Assembly (NCBI RefSeq): GCF_023055435.1
Contig: NW_025963957.1
Coordinates: 7,502,001-7,566,000, forward strand
Source: Haliotis rufescens
Lineage: Eukaryota
DNA: 64,000 nt
Direction of reading: 5' to 3'
Below, piece after piece: positions 35,814 to 48,600 of this stretch. Below the pieces are notes generated by a model. The model saw nothing but the letters and a program-made list of their open reading frames with translations. It ran no database searches and was not told where the DNA came from. Each line of letters starts with the position of its first letter. The stretch's first letter is position 1. The position numbers were made by a program, and so were the translations under genes.

Positions 35814-36777
35814 GGACCTCCCTCGTAACGCCATACATGACTGGTCCTTCATCGTCCAAGGAGGCCATGTCGTTCATGTTCATGACGAACATTGACACAT
35901 GATGACGAACAGTGACGCGATTGTTTGGGGAGGAGGACATAAAATGTCAATGCATCTTTTTTTATCGGAATAGCTGTCAGTTCGTCTGCCGGCAATGCGA
36001 CCACATAAAGAACTGGCTTGGTACAATCGTAAGGGTGAATGAGATCTGTTCAAGACTTCCGTTTGAAGGGTATACCTTTTAGGTTAGTTAAACATATAAT
36101 TCGTTTGGGAAAGAAAGACGTTTTTTCATCCACTGTGTGTTGCAAATAGTTTTGTATATTTTGTATAGTTTTTTTAATATTTTATATATATCAATGTATA
36201 AATGCAATGCAATAGCAATGCAATATAGCAATATAGCAATATATGTAAATAACAAATGAAATATACCAAATTTATAAAGTGATAAAGTGAAGTCAGTTTT
36301 AAACTTCATTTTGATCTGAATTCAACACTTTATATTTCGTTTTTCACTCGGAAGGTAGGGTTGGGCAGTGGTCGCTGCTATCGTGGTTGAGAATGTTTAC
36401 ACAGATTTAGATAAATAATATTATGTCATGACCTGATTTGCTCCAATGACTTATATTAATGATAAACACGATTAACCTTTGGCGTATACGAGTATATCTT
36501 GAGAGAAAGCAGCAATGGATGACTGTCATGTTGTTTTACTGAACTTGACCTTTGTTGGAAGTATGAGACAGATCGCCAGTAGGTAAACATTGATGCATTG
36601 CTTTTTTATTATAGCTTATCAATTATGTCTCAACGTAGTTTTCAGCATATGCAATAAAGTCGCGGTCAAGTCAGTAAGTGACACGGAAGTCACGCGTGAT
36701 GATCTCATGTAGGGGTTCTCTGTAACTTTCACCCATTACCTGTATCAGGTCATGAGCGAAGGAAGGCGAAAATATTA

Positions 36778-37960
36778 ACCTGTATGGATGTTGTGAGAAC
36801 AATTAAAACATTTGGTCAACATAAATAGTTAGGATCTCATTGTTTATTACCTCTGGATCATGGTTCGTATCTATGAATTATGTTTTGTGATTTGTGGATT
36901 ATGTTTTGTGATCTCTGGGTCATGGTTTGTGATCTCTGGGTCATGGTTTGTGATCTCTGGGTCATGGTTTGTGATCTCTGGGTCATGGTTTGTGATCTCT
37001 GGGTTATGGTTCGTATCTCTTGGTCATGGTTTGTGATCTCCGGGTCATGGTTTGTGATCTCTGGGTCATGGTTTGTGATCTCTGGGTCATGTTTTGTGAT
37101 CTCTGGGTCATTGTTTGTGATCTATGGATCATGACGGTGGAAATACAACCTGTATTGATGTTGTGAGAACAATTAAAACATTTAGTCAACATAAATAGTT
37201 AGGATCTCATTGTTTATTACCTCTGGATCATGGTTCGTATCTATGGATTATGTTTTGTGATCTCTGGGTCATGGTTCGTATCTCTGGATTATGATTCGTA
37301 TCTCAGGATTATGTTTTGTGATCTCTGGGTCATGATTTGTGATCTCTGGGTCATGGTTTGTGATCTCTGGGTCATGGTTTGTGATCTCTGGGTCATGGTT
37401 TGTGATCTATGGGTCATGGTTTGTGATCTCTGGGTTATGGTTCGTATCTCTTGGTCATGGTTTGTGATCTCCGGGTCATGGTTTGTGATCTCTGGGTCAT
37501 GGTTTGTGATCTCTGGGTCATGTTTTGTGATCTCTGGGTCATTGTTTGTGATCTATGGATCATGACGGTGGAAATATAACCTGTATTGATGTTGTGAGAA
37601 CAATTAAAACATTTAGTCAACATAAATAGTTAGGATCTCATTGTTTATTACCTCTGGATCATGGTTCGTATCTATGGATTATGTTTTGTGATCTCTGGGT
37701 CATGGTTCGTATCTATGGATTATGATTCGTATCTCAGGATTATGTTTTGTTATCTCTGGGTCATGATTTGTGATCTCTGGGTCATGGTTTGTGATCTCTG
37801 GGTCATGGTTTGTGATCTCTGGGTCATGGTTTGTGATCTCTGGGTCATGTTTTGTGATCTCTGGGTCATGGTTTGTGATCTCTGGGTCATGGTTTGTGAT
37901 CTCTGGGTCATGGTTTGTGATCTCTGGGTCATGGTTTGTGATCTCTGGGTCGTGGTTTGG
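36778..37960. repeat. Higher-order repeat: three 370-431-bp units, each a unique head plus 21-bp subrepeats (gggtcatggtttgtgatctct)
   Basis: Head acctgtat.gatgttgtgagaacaattaaaac recurs at ~36778, 37148 and 37579. Confidence 0.93.
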
Positions 37961-38454
37961 CAAGTATATGTTAAATATATGTAAGTATATGTCTCTTCTT
38001 GAATTCACGTTTTTCATAAACAATTGACAATGACAATGTTACTTACTGACATTTAGATATCAATATCTTGATCTATACCTGAAGATTTAGAGTTCCACCT
38101 CTACGTAACTATATAACAGAATAAATCTCAAACAGCTGAAACAGTACATTAATTAACCATAGTGCTGCTGATAAGGTTTCATTGCGATAACGGCAACCCC
38201 TTGAAAAACTTGTGTTACGATGTGATTTCCAATTCTGTTCGCCTTGAAATTTCATTTTCAGCTCTTTCGGTTCAGTTACCTTCTTATTGTTCTTCAATCA
38301 GCTAATTAAGCAATTCAAAATCAGCAAGAGGAATCAAAATTTTCGAACGTTCAGAATTTTGCCACTGTCTTATAACCGGTCTGTCTCCGTTCTTTAATAG
38401 TGTTGGAAGCTGGTATGAATTATGTGTTTTCGAAAAGACATCCAATTGTCAATT

Positions 38455-39370
38455 AGCAATTAAGTAGGGATAAGAATTTATGGATGAACAACTTCTTTAT
38501 TGCAATAAAGAGCGACGTTTCGGTGTAGGTTCTAACACCGTTATCATGCAAGTGATATACAGAGTGTGGTGTTAAGTATATATACAAGTAGGAGGCAATG
38601 TTTGTACAGTAGAGTAGATATTGTTACTAGTGGTGTAACGATACATCGAACTATCGATTGATTGCGATTGCTTGTCTCACGATAGTACACTGTCGATTGC
38701 AACTTGAAACAATCGATACTATTGGCGATAGTTCGTCTAACTATCGATAGTTTCCATTGTTAATTTGTTTGGTACATTTACTTTCTTAAAAAAACAATTA
38801 AAGAGTTTTACAGTTTGTATAGTCAAATACTAGTCATTCAATCACATTTATTCACATTGGTGCTAAAACACTAAAGTAACCTAAGACTTAACCAGTTACA
38901 TGAAGTGAAAATGTTTTTTCCATGTTTTTGAAATGTCAATTTGAACTTGTTTTCTTTTCATTTCTTGTTTTCTTTACAAATAGTATCAGAAAGTTATAAT
39001 TATTTTGATGGTGTCAGTCAAAATGCTGAAATATATGCTGCTAAAGCCTGCTATAATTGCAAGTGAAAACTATCGCAATAGTATCGCAGCAGTAGGGCCA
39101 CTATCGCAATACTATCGCAATAGTTCTTTTAACTATCGCAATAGTATCGCAATAGCCAAAATGCCTCAATAGTCACCCCTTATTGTTACACTGCAGTAGA
39201 ATAGCCTGTTATGTACACACAAGGGTAGTGATGACAATCATAGGTGACGTCAGCGACATAAGCAAAGGATTAAGCCAGTAATATAAACAACGGGATTGGG
39301 GTCTTTGATGAGTTGATGGTACGCCGGGGGTATGCCTTGGTTACGGTTGATTGACGGCTGGAGTCTTTGG
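38455..39370 (-). mobile_element. Penelope-like 3' fragment (same family as 19990-20670), split by a MITE
   Basis: 38455-38620 matches the reverse complement of 20515-20670, and 39190-39370 matches that of 20345-20500. Confidence 0.8.
38628..39181. mobile_element. hAT-type MITE with 8-bp TSD
   Basis: Termini tagtggtg...cacccctt, TSD attgttac at 38620-38627 and 39182-39189, subterminal atcgat/tatcgcaata repeats. Confidence 0.8.
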
Positions 39371-41446
39371 GCCATCAAGTCCAGAGACTCTCTTCATTTT
39401 CAAAAAGTGCAGAAGTCTAGACTTGCTCACCGGACTGGATGTATATAGTGGATATATGTGTTTCCTTGTTGAGGGGGATATAACTTACACTTGGACGAGA
39501 CCCCGGGGCATCCAGAGGCAGGCACACACATTCGTGGCCTCAGTTGATTGAAAGCTCGTGTTGTAAGGTTTACACATTTTCACCTCAGGTTACAACACCT
39601 GCCTTCTTGACCCCACGTATTATTTGTTTGTCTTTGAGTGATTTTCTTTTGACTCGACGCCATGCTATATATTTCCCAGACTAAAAAATCGATAAATGAA
39701 ATAATAGCGACAAAAACAAAGGTCTGTTGTGCGATTCCGTTCAAGCACTAAAACGTAATGACAGTCACGTATGACTTAATCCTAGCTGTCAAATCTGTTG
39801 TTTTTCAAGTTGATACATTTGCGCTGATAAGTCCGCGTGGGACGGACGACTGACAGCACGTCAGTTCATATTTCGACTTAATACATAAAGATTCGGGGTG
39901 ACGAAACCCGCAACACTTCATGACAAGGGGGATGAAGTCAGTCAACTGTGTGTAAATCTATTGATTATCAAGATTATGAATGGATGACTTTAGCCATCCA
40001 ATAGTAAATAATTGTGAAACAACCAATCATCGTTCACAAACTTAACCTGAATTAAAGAAGCAAGTGACACCGCCTCGTCTGTTTTATATTTAGATATGTG
40101 CATACCACATTCAGAGTCTCAATAACGTGCCCAGAAGAGTATGAGAAGAGGGATAACTTCAACTTTCCAAAATTCAAGTTGTCCTTCCTGTCGAGCAATA
40201 TTCCAGCAGCTCCAGCCTACGATGTCATGTCACGAGGTTTGAGGTACAAACTAAGACCATCATGCGGCTCTTGCTCAAAGGTTGTTTGATCAGGGTTACA
40301 CAATTTATAACTTCGTTTTACCAGTGAGCTAACATTGTTCCCACGTAAAGTGTAGGCCTGTTCAGCACTAATGTGTAGTTTCAACAATTTATAACTTTGT
40401 TTTACCAGTGAGCTAACATTGTTCCCACATAAAGTGTAGGCCTGTTCAGCATTAATGTGTAGTTTCCACAAGAAGTACATAAAAACTGTAAAAGCGAAGG
40501 CAGGGCGGGACAACTTAGGAATGGCCAGGAGTCCGAACTTGACCACACAGAAGGAAGCGAGCTACAAAAACATGTTTTATATCACTGGAAAGCTCTCGAG
40601 GAGACGAATCCAAATAATGTGTGTCCCAGTGTGTTCACATGTTCATAAGCTCAAAAATTGGCTGAGAAAATGCATTACTGCAGAAATTTCTGGCAGAATT
40701 TTTTTTTTCTGCAGAAATTTCTGGCAGTATTTTTTTTTTCTACAGAAATTTCTGGCCGAATTTTTTTTTTTCTACAGAAATTTCTGGCAGAAATTTTTTC
40801 TGCAGTAATATTTAGCAGAATTATTTTAATTCAGGAGAAATAAGATTCAATCATTGGATAGTTTAACCTGGAGTTGGTTCAAATGACCTTTTTCCTCAAA
40901 ACAAACATTTTTAGTTGACATGATTACAAGCAATAAAATAAAACTAATTTCGTGAGATATTTCAAAAAATTATTTATTCACATGCTATATTACAAGACAA
41001 TTCCTTGGGAGACTTTGCACTTTTCATTCTCATGAATGAGTCGTATTTTCTTGGGTGAGGTGATTTTTTCAGAGATGAGTCCTGTCACAAAAGAAAAGAT
41101 GTATAGATGAGTGGATCCATATTGACTAATATAATGGATACTGGCAGCCTATACGCAGCTAGAGTTTAACTTTACAATAGAGCCTGTGGAATAAAATGTA
41201 TTATGAATGTAAATAGTGTGCTTTACTTACGTTTTCTTCTCAACATACTTGAAATGAATTCTTTTTTTCGTCTGGTCATTGAAAGCTATGTGCACATATT
41301 CTGAAAAGATATGAAAAAAACATTAAAATGCTTTTCATTTCAGTAATTAACACATTCCACAAGCTTTAGACACATGAACAAAGTAAGATAGGTGAGTTGA
41401 AATTAGGTTGAATGTCGCGTCCAAGATAATTGCACTTATATAGCGA

Positions 41447-41448
41447 TG

Positions 41449-41480
<32 letters not shown>

Positions 41481-41519
41481 TGTGTGCGTGCATGTGTGTA
41501 TGTGTGTGTGTGTGCGTGC
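41447..41519. repeat. (TGCG)n/(TG)n microsatellite
   Basis: Directly visible. Confidence 0.95.
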
Positions 41520-42337
41520 TTGTACTAGTCGTCTGCATCTTCCGTTTTGTACAGGTCACTCCATAAGTTGTCAGTGACTGCATATTTGTGTAGGGGGCAC
41601 TCAATGTTGACACTGTCATGAAGCTGAAATTATATAAGGATGAGTATACTGCGAAAATTACATTGAATTAATTCGTTAAAAGAGACTTATGTATCATGTT
41701 TGGGAGAGGCATTCAGATAAGCAAAATTTGCTTGTTTGCCAATCCCTCCACTTTTGGAAATAAATATGTTTATATCAAGAGACTTCTAAACCATAACCGA
41801 ACTCAAAACTAACCCCATGTGTCGTAAATGGGTGCTCTAAGGTAAAAGGATGGTAAACACGTGTTTCATTGGCAAGGGATACTCAACCCTTATGATCGGA
41901 AAGGGGGTCCAAGGACAAAGGAGAGACCAGACCTACTACCCACAGGAGCCAGCCTGGTATAAGACTTAGTGTAAAGCTAGCCTAGTCTATGTCATCAGCA
42001 GCTGGTCAATGCGGCGGAATGTGGTTTTGGCGTTGCTGTTCAAGTTCGAATTTCCGATAGGCCTGTCTCCACTAAAAAAAAATAGATAAATTTTCGGACA
42101 GCATAATCTGGTGTCAGATCTTAAAAAAGTTCCGAACGACTGTGAAACCATGGTAAGAAGTATTATTATTATTGAAGCAACCTTCCCAAATGTGTGTGCT
42201 GCATAAGCTGGAGTGGTTCCCCTTGATTTTTTTCAGAATATGAATCGACAGACGAAACGAAAATTAGTTCGCTTGACATATCCAGTTGGGGGTTATTCTT
42301 TTTTAGTTTGGTGGAAAAATGATATGAAACACTGGGG

Positions 42338-43300
42338 TCTGACTGACTGATATAGGAGATTTAACGTGCGCTTTCCGACTGTAGCGTATTTAGCACACGG
42401 GCCTGGCCGGACCATTTATTGTATTCCGAAAAGGGTGAAAGTGATGTGTGCAACCCAAGCGGGGGCTTTTAGGGGTTGCTTATGTTGAAGTTTTGGAATT
42501 TTTAAATTTGGAATAAATGCCGAGGTGGGTGGAGGAGGGAACTAAGGGAGTCGGGTGAGGTGGGTGTTTGTATGTTTATTGGATTTTGGATTGGTAGATT
42601 AATTAGTTTTTAGATGCGCTTAATTAGGTCTGTTTTGATTAGGAATACGCCTAGGGCCTTAAAGTTTTCTAGTTTATTTTGAGGGTTTAGTATTTCATCT
42701 AGAATAGGAACCTTATTTAGATTGAGGGTGGTTTGTAGTGTGGTTCTGTGTGTTTGATAGTGGGTGCAGTGGATGGGTGCGTGTTCTGTGGTTTCAGATT
42801 GTTTGCAGTGGGGGCAGTTGCCTGTAGTGTGTCTTTTAAGTTTTTTTAGGTGGTTATTTAGGTTCGTGTGTCCTGTTTGGAGTTTTGTAATGAATCTGTC
42901 AATTTTTTTAGAGGGGTGTAGGATTTTAGGTTTGGCTAGTGGTTTTCTGAGCACTTTTTTGATTTGGCTATTTGAGTTTTGATATTGATTATGCCATTTT
43001 TTGGTTATTTTTTGTTTGTTTACACTTTTAATTTCTGATTTTGAGATGGGTAGGTTTAGGCTTATTACTGGTATTTTGAGAGATAATTTAGCTGCTTTAT
43101 CGGCGCTTTCGTTGCCGTAAATTCCTACGTGGGCGGGGGTCCACAAGAAGGTTATTTGTTTGCCTGCTTTTGTTAGGTCGTCGGAGCTTTTAAGTATTTG
43201 GTTCATTAATTTAGGTCGTTTTTTGGTATTTTTGTTTTGGAGGGCTTTTATTCCACTAAGGGAGTCGGTGAGAATTAGGATTTTATTGTTGTTTTTAGAT
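42338..43300 (-). mobile_element. 5'-truncated I-group (Nimb/I-like) LINE: RNase H, Cys/His knuckle and 3' UTR
   Basis: ILTDSLS..ITFLWTPAHVGIYGNESADKAAK..LQTGH..CPHC..ETTEH..HC in ORF 42610-43383. The tail ends gcgcacgttaaatc..(TCAG)3. Confidence 0.88.
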
Positions 43301-43403
43301 TGGGGCTGCCCAAGGACTAAATATATCATACAATTATTGAAATACCCGTATACATTCTGATTGTCGAGTGACCCTGTGAACAACCAACACCCTCCTCCCC
43401 CCC

Positions 43404-43434
<31 letters not shown>

Positions 43435-45687
43435 AGTAGCACGCTTACGGTTTTCAATATATACGATAACATACTACTTAGATGCGAACAGTTTAATTGA
43501 CAGCTGTTAATTGGTAACGGTCAAGCCTCAGTGAATTTGCATTGGGGGTGTGTGTGTGAGGGGGCGTCTGAAATAAAGGTGGATTCAGTCGGAATAAAGA
43601 TAAGATAATGATCTCATAAATTTTATTGAAGGCTTTGAAAGTTTAGGATCGGCGAGACCGTAACACAGAGTAATTAACAAAACGATCACGTGATCGTGGC
43701 GCTGATAGACAATACCCACCGACCACGTGCGCGAGACAATGTACCACCGTATGAAGTGACAATACCCGAGGATATTTAATTGCCAAGTTGGCAGGAAGTC
43801 TGGCGGCACGGCACGTACAATATGCGTCGTTTGGGTATTCTTAATTGTCTCAGCACCAGCTTTGATGGGGCATTAAGAGAAGATGATATATATGTTTATT
43901 TTAGGAAAACATTAATACAACAATTTGTTATATTAATTAACATTGGGACTATAAAGTTAGTTTTATCTAAATATTTCTAACGTTATAAATAATAGAAAAC
44001 TCGCATGTAAATTATCAAAATACTGCATGGATTGGTATTTTGTAATTTTCCGTGTTTTCACTTTCACTGATCACCACAGGCAAATTCATGGTCACATAGC
44101 TACACTACAAGTGTCGCCATACAGCTACAATAAGTTGCCTAATGTCCTTGAGACAGTATACAAGTCGCAATAACACCACAGGGGATGGAGATATCTCCTT
44201 TTCAGATTAGTTTGTTTGCGTATTTTTTTATCAAAAGTGGTAGAAATAAATACACTAAAATTAGACACTTACAAAACGCGTTTCGCATGGCAGCAGAGCC
44301 ACACATTCACTGTTTGGAGTACAGGTTGTTATTTGGTTGTTGTTATATGAAATAACCGTGTTACCAAAATTCCACGTTCTAGGGTCGGCGTTTCCAGAAA
44401 TAAAACAATAAATATTTTGACGTCTTACCTGTATCGTAATTGCAAGACGGTAACCAGACGCTGTAACTCTGCTGACTGCACGTGGTTCGGGATCTTTGCT
44501 GTGGCTGAAATAAAGAGTGCTATTTTTTACAGAAAGAGACCACGTTGCTTGTGCCATTGTGCAAAGACATTGTGCGAAGGCACGATTCTGAATATACACG
44601 AATATATACAAGTCACATGACAAAGAAGGTATTTACATGAAAGATATTTTAAATCTCGATGTTAGAGACCTTGAGAAATGTAGATTTAACTGAATCCAAT
44701 CCGATTTAGGGTTACTATCATTCATTACAAATGGATAATACGATATTGCATTATAGAGAGGGTAATTATAGCTACCTGAAGGAGCAACCATATGTCCACT
44801 CTTTGAAGTTGCCGCCAAACCGGACGCGTAATTGAAACTCGCAAGAACACTGTGTACACAGCTTCTTTCTAAATTTGGAGAAGCGTAAGTGTGGTGAAAG
44901 AACAATATGAATGTAAGTCAGGCATGAAGTTGCACGGAGGAACCAACGTGAGACTTTATAATCACATGGTTGTTCATATATGTTATTTAATGCGTGATAG
45001 GTATTACCGCTTAAAAGGTGGTTTTGTATTTATAATAAAAACTGATCGTTTACATTGTCTGGGTAGCAACATAACTGTTGCATAGGGTATGTTGTTTAAT
45101 GATAATACTATATGAAAATTCCTCGAGCCAGCTGACTTACACTATGGATAGTGTACAAGACAACAGTTATAGAACATCACGTGATAAGGTTGATGGAAAC
45201 GGCAAAATATTTATTTACAATATATGTGTTTCCAGGGGAAGAGCCTGTTACAAAATATGTGTCTAAAAAAAAGTAAACTCGCTCCTTGTCGGACAAAACT
45301 GAATGTAATTAAGTTAACTACCTATGTACATTATCAGTGGAGTACTTGAATTAATATCAAATTGTAACCCGAGATGCTGGTGCCACACCTTATTACGTGA
45401 CCACCCAGTGAGGCGTGAACACTCAAGGGGGCATGATATACACCCTTGTGTTTGATTTGATATACCAATCAGCCGTGGACGCCCGACCATAAAAATGGTA
45501 TATATAGATTTAACCCTAATCAGGTATCGTTAAATATCGTTAAATCGTCGAGAACGTTCTGTCAGACGATCAAACGATAACTATTCAACAAGTCGGTAAA
45601 TCACATCGAAAACCCAAGTTCTGGTCGCAGTGAGAAGCTCTAGATGCCTTGAGGAGGGTTCACCAGCTCTGCTTCAACAACGTTGAC

Positions 45688-48600
45688 ATGGGTAAGAAGC
45701 ATTTTATTCTATTTTTGTACACCAAACACCGTATATATCTTGAAGAACCTTTGCCTTCTGTTTGGATCATGGTTTCTTTATGAACATATTCACTGAACAT
45801 GTTGCTACGCTATTACAGATCTTACCAACGTGATCAACAGTCAAGGCAGACATCTTTCTTCAAGAAATCTGCCCAAAAGGAAAAACACTGAAATTGGTAA
45901 GTAATGTTCATGTGCAATGTCGTCAACTATAGTTCGTTTATTGCATCGGCACTATTAGGTAGAGTTGAGCTACGAACGCGAAAATAAACTGGTACGGCGA
46001 ATGTAGGGGTGAGGTACTCCATCGGTCTTGCGTTGCGCTGGGTTTTTTTACCACCACCGACTGTGTTGCCAATTTAAATTTCGTTTCGGAATCAAAGCAC
46101 GGTGCATTTTTTTTTTTTTATCAAAATGTCAACATGAGCTAGGAAAGGAAGAGCGAGGGCTCTGCGAACATACGCGGATTGTGTAGCCTTTATTTATATA
46201 TGGCTTCGCGTGGCATTATATTGGTGTTACGTACGTAGAATACCAGGTAAGTGTTGCTCTCGTTGCCCACAGGGCCATGACTTAATTAGGGTGCGAGTTG
46301 GTGGGTGGCTCGGTCTACTCGGTGGTGCTAACAGTAGGCGTAGGGCTAGGCAAGTTTACGAGACATACTCTCGCGTGGACCTAGTGATAGAACCCTTTCT
46401 TCGTTTTGAGAGGACATGTCGATATCGAATTTCGCGAATTTTCTTCTCGAATTTCTGAAAGCCCAGGAATATTGCAAAATCTATATTAATAATTGCTGTT
46501 TCCAACTGGATACATATAAAAGCGATCTTCAAAATGGAACCGAATTTAGCATGGAAACAATATTCGATAAACGTAAGGGTTTGGCAAGGAGTATTACTGT
46601 TAAGACCTTGAATAACTTATCGATACCAACTGTATACATACACTACCAGGCATTGCAATTGGGCATTTATTGTTGGTTTGAATCCCTGTTCGCCCAATGT
46701 TTCTAGGTTGTCGGCACCATATCTGTGCTCGTGGGCTTAATCGAAGTGGTAAACGTCAGAGATCTGCATCACTTTGGACTTTCCTCCCACAATAAGCTGA
46801 CACGCCACGATATAACGGGAATACTGTTAAAAGCGGTGTTAAACCAAACACAATCATTCAAGACTCACAACTTTACCGTTGATCCAATGTTTTCTGGTGC
46901 GTGTGGGGCTTTGTTAGTGATGAGTCACAACTGTATATTTTAGGTTTCCCAAACATGCTTCAAACATTTTTATTCTAAAATGATATGTCATATTATCACA
47001 GGAGCAGTAATCATAACATACAAATAAGTTGACAGCATTGATTGCTTATTCCTATGTAATAAGAACGTGAAGTGGCCCACACAAGCAGGTGTGTCACGTC
47101 TGTTAACAGGTGAATGGGTTGTCTGATATGGTCTTGTATGATAACACAGTATCACATGCTGAAAGTAATTAGTACTATTGCACATACACAGTATCAATGA
47201 ATGTATTTCTTTGAACTATTGTTTCATTATTACTACAAAGCACACATTTGCTATCTGCATAATAAACCTAACTTATTTCTCATCAATTTACAAACAAGTT
47301 AAACATTATTAATTTTCATTGAAATAACTTGTTGATACAATAAGGCAAAACCTTCAAATACGTATATGAATAGATTCAATTCTCTATGCACAAGCCAACA
47401 GTTGAATGTTGTGATTACGAAAGGTTGGGAGTGTCAGATCATATGTACCTGGTAACTCTTTTTGGGACAAAGTGTCTAAAACATAATTTAGTATTTATTC
47501 ATATTCAAGGCATCTATTCTCAAATCTCACATATTATCATCTTTGGTACATACTTTTTCAACCAAAATTTTGTGAAACAGGAATAATCTTGTGAAAATAA
47601 TAACATGTCTTTGCTCCCTGAGGTAACAAGGTTATCAAAAACATTGACAAGAATCATTCATCACCAGTCAGAATGTGGATAAGCATTAAGGAACTTTGAC
47701 GAATCATTCGTTCATATAATCGCGAAATCGTCATTACAAAGCACATCAGTAACAGAATTCCGTTGCATAAATTGTAGTTGTAATAAAGATAGGATCATGT
47801 TTTTAGAGTTTGGCATAAGAAAAAGACTATGAATAAACATAGTCTGATGTTTGTCAGGTCATTCATACTGTTCAGTGTATTCATATTATTGTTTCACAAG
47901 GGGTTTGTCAGCTAGGTTAAATGTAAGTTTAGATAAGCGGACAAAAATTCATGTTCATGACTGTCCTTTAGTGTAAAATGCTTTTAAAAGTCTATTAAAG
48001 TCTTGTCACTAACATTGATTTCAGATGTAGAATACGACTTATCTTGACGTGCCTATTTTAAAGTTTTATGATAATAAGAATTTTAAATGGAAGAAATTCG
48101 GTAGTCATTGTTAGGGTTATGTAAACTAGATAAATATCTAAATAGATAATTGTCACTCTTGAGTTAAATCTGACAATGATTAACATAACATTCTATTATA
48201 CAATTTTTTTTTTTTTATGGAAGCATGTGTACAATGTATGAAAGACAAAGTTGATATTCACCAAAAGTTTTTTCAGTAGTGAAATCTTGAGACAAATCAA
48301 CAATTATTCTTTTTCACAAGCAGTGCTATAAAAGAGATGATTAATTGATGTTTTATTAAGTTTTTGGATAACCATTAACATTTCAAGAAATCTTTAATCT
48401 TAAGTTGCCCCTGCACATCCTTAATGTTTGTCTGCACTGTTTGCTGATCCCTACAAGATACTTACATTATATTAATGGCAGATTGCCTTCCAAATATGAT
48501 GTTTTTATTGGTAATTCATGTTTTATATAAATATACACATTATAACTTATTTCTACTTATGTCATAAAAAAACAATAACTGCTGACATTGGTTTAGGGAA

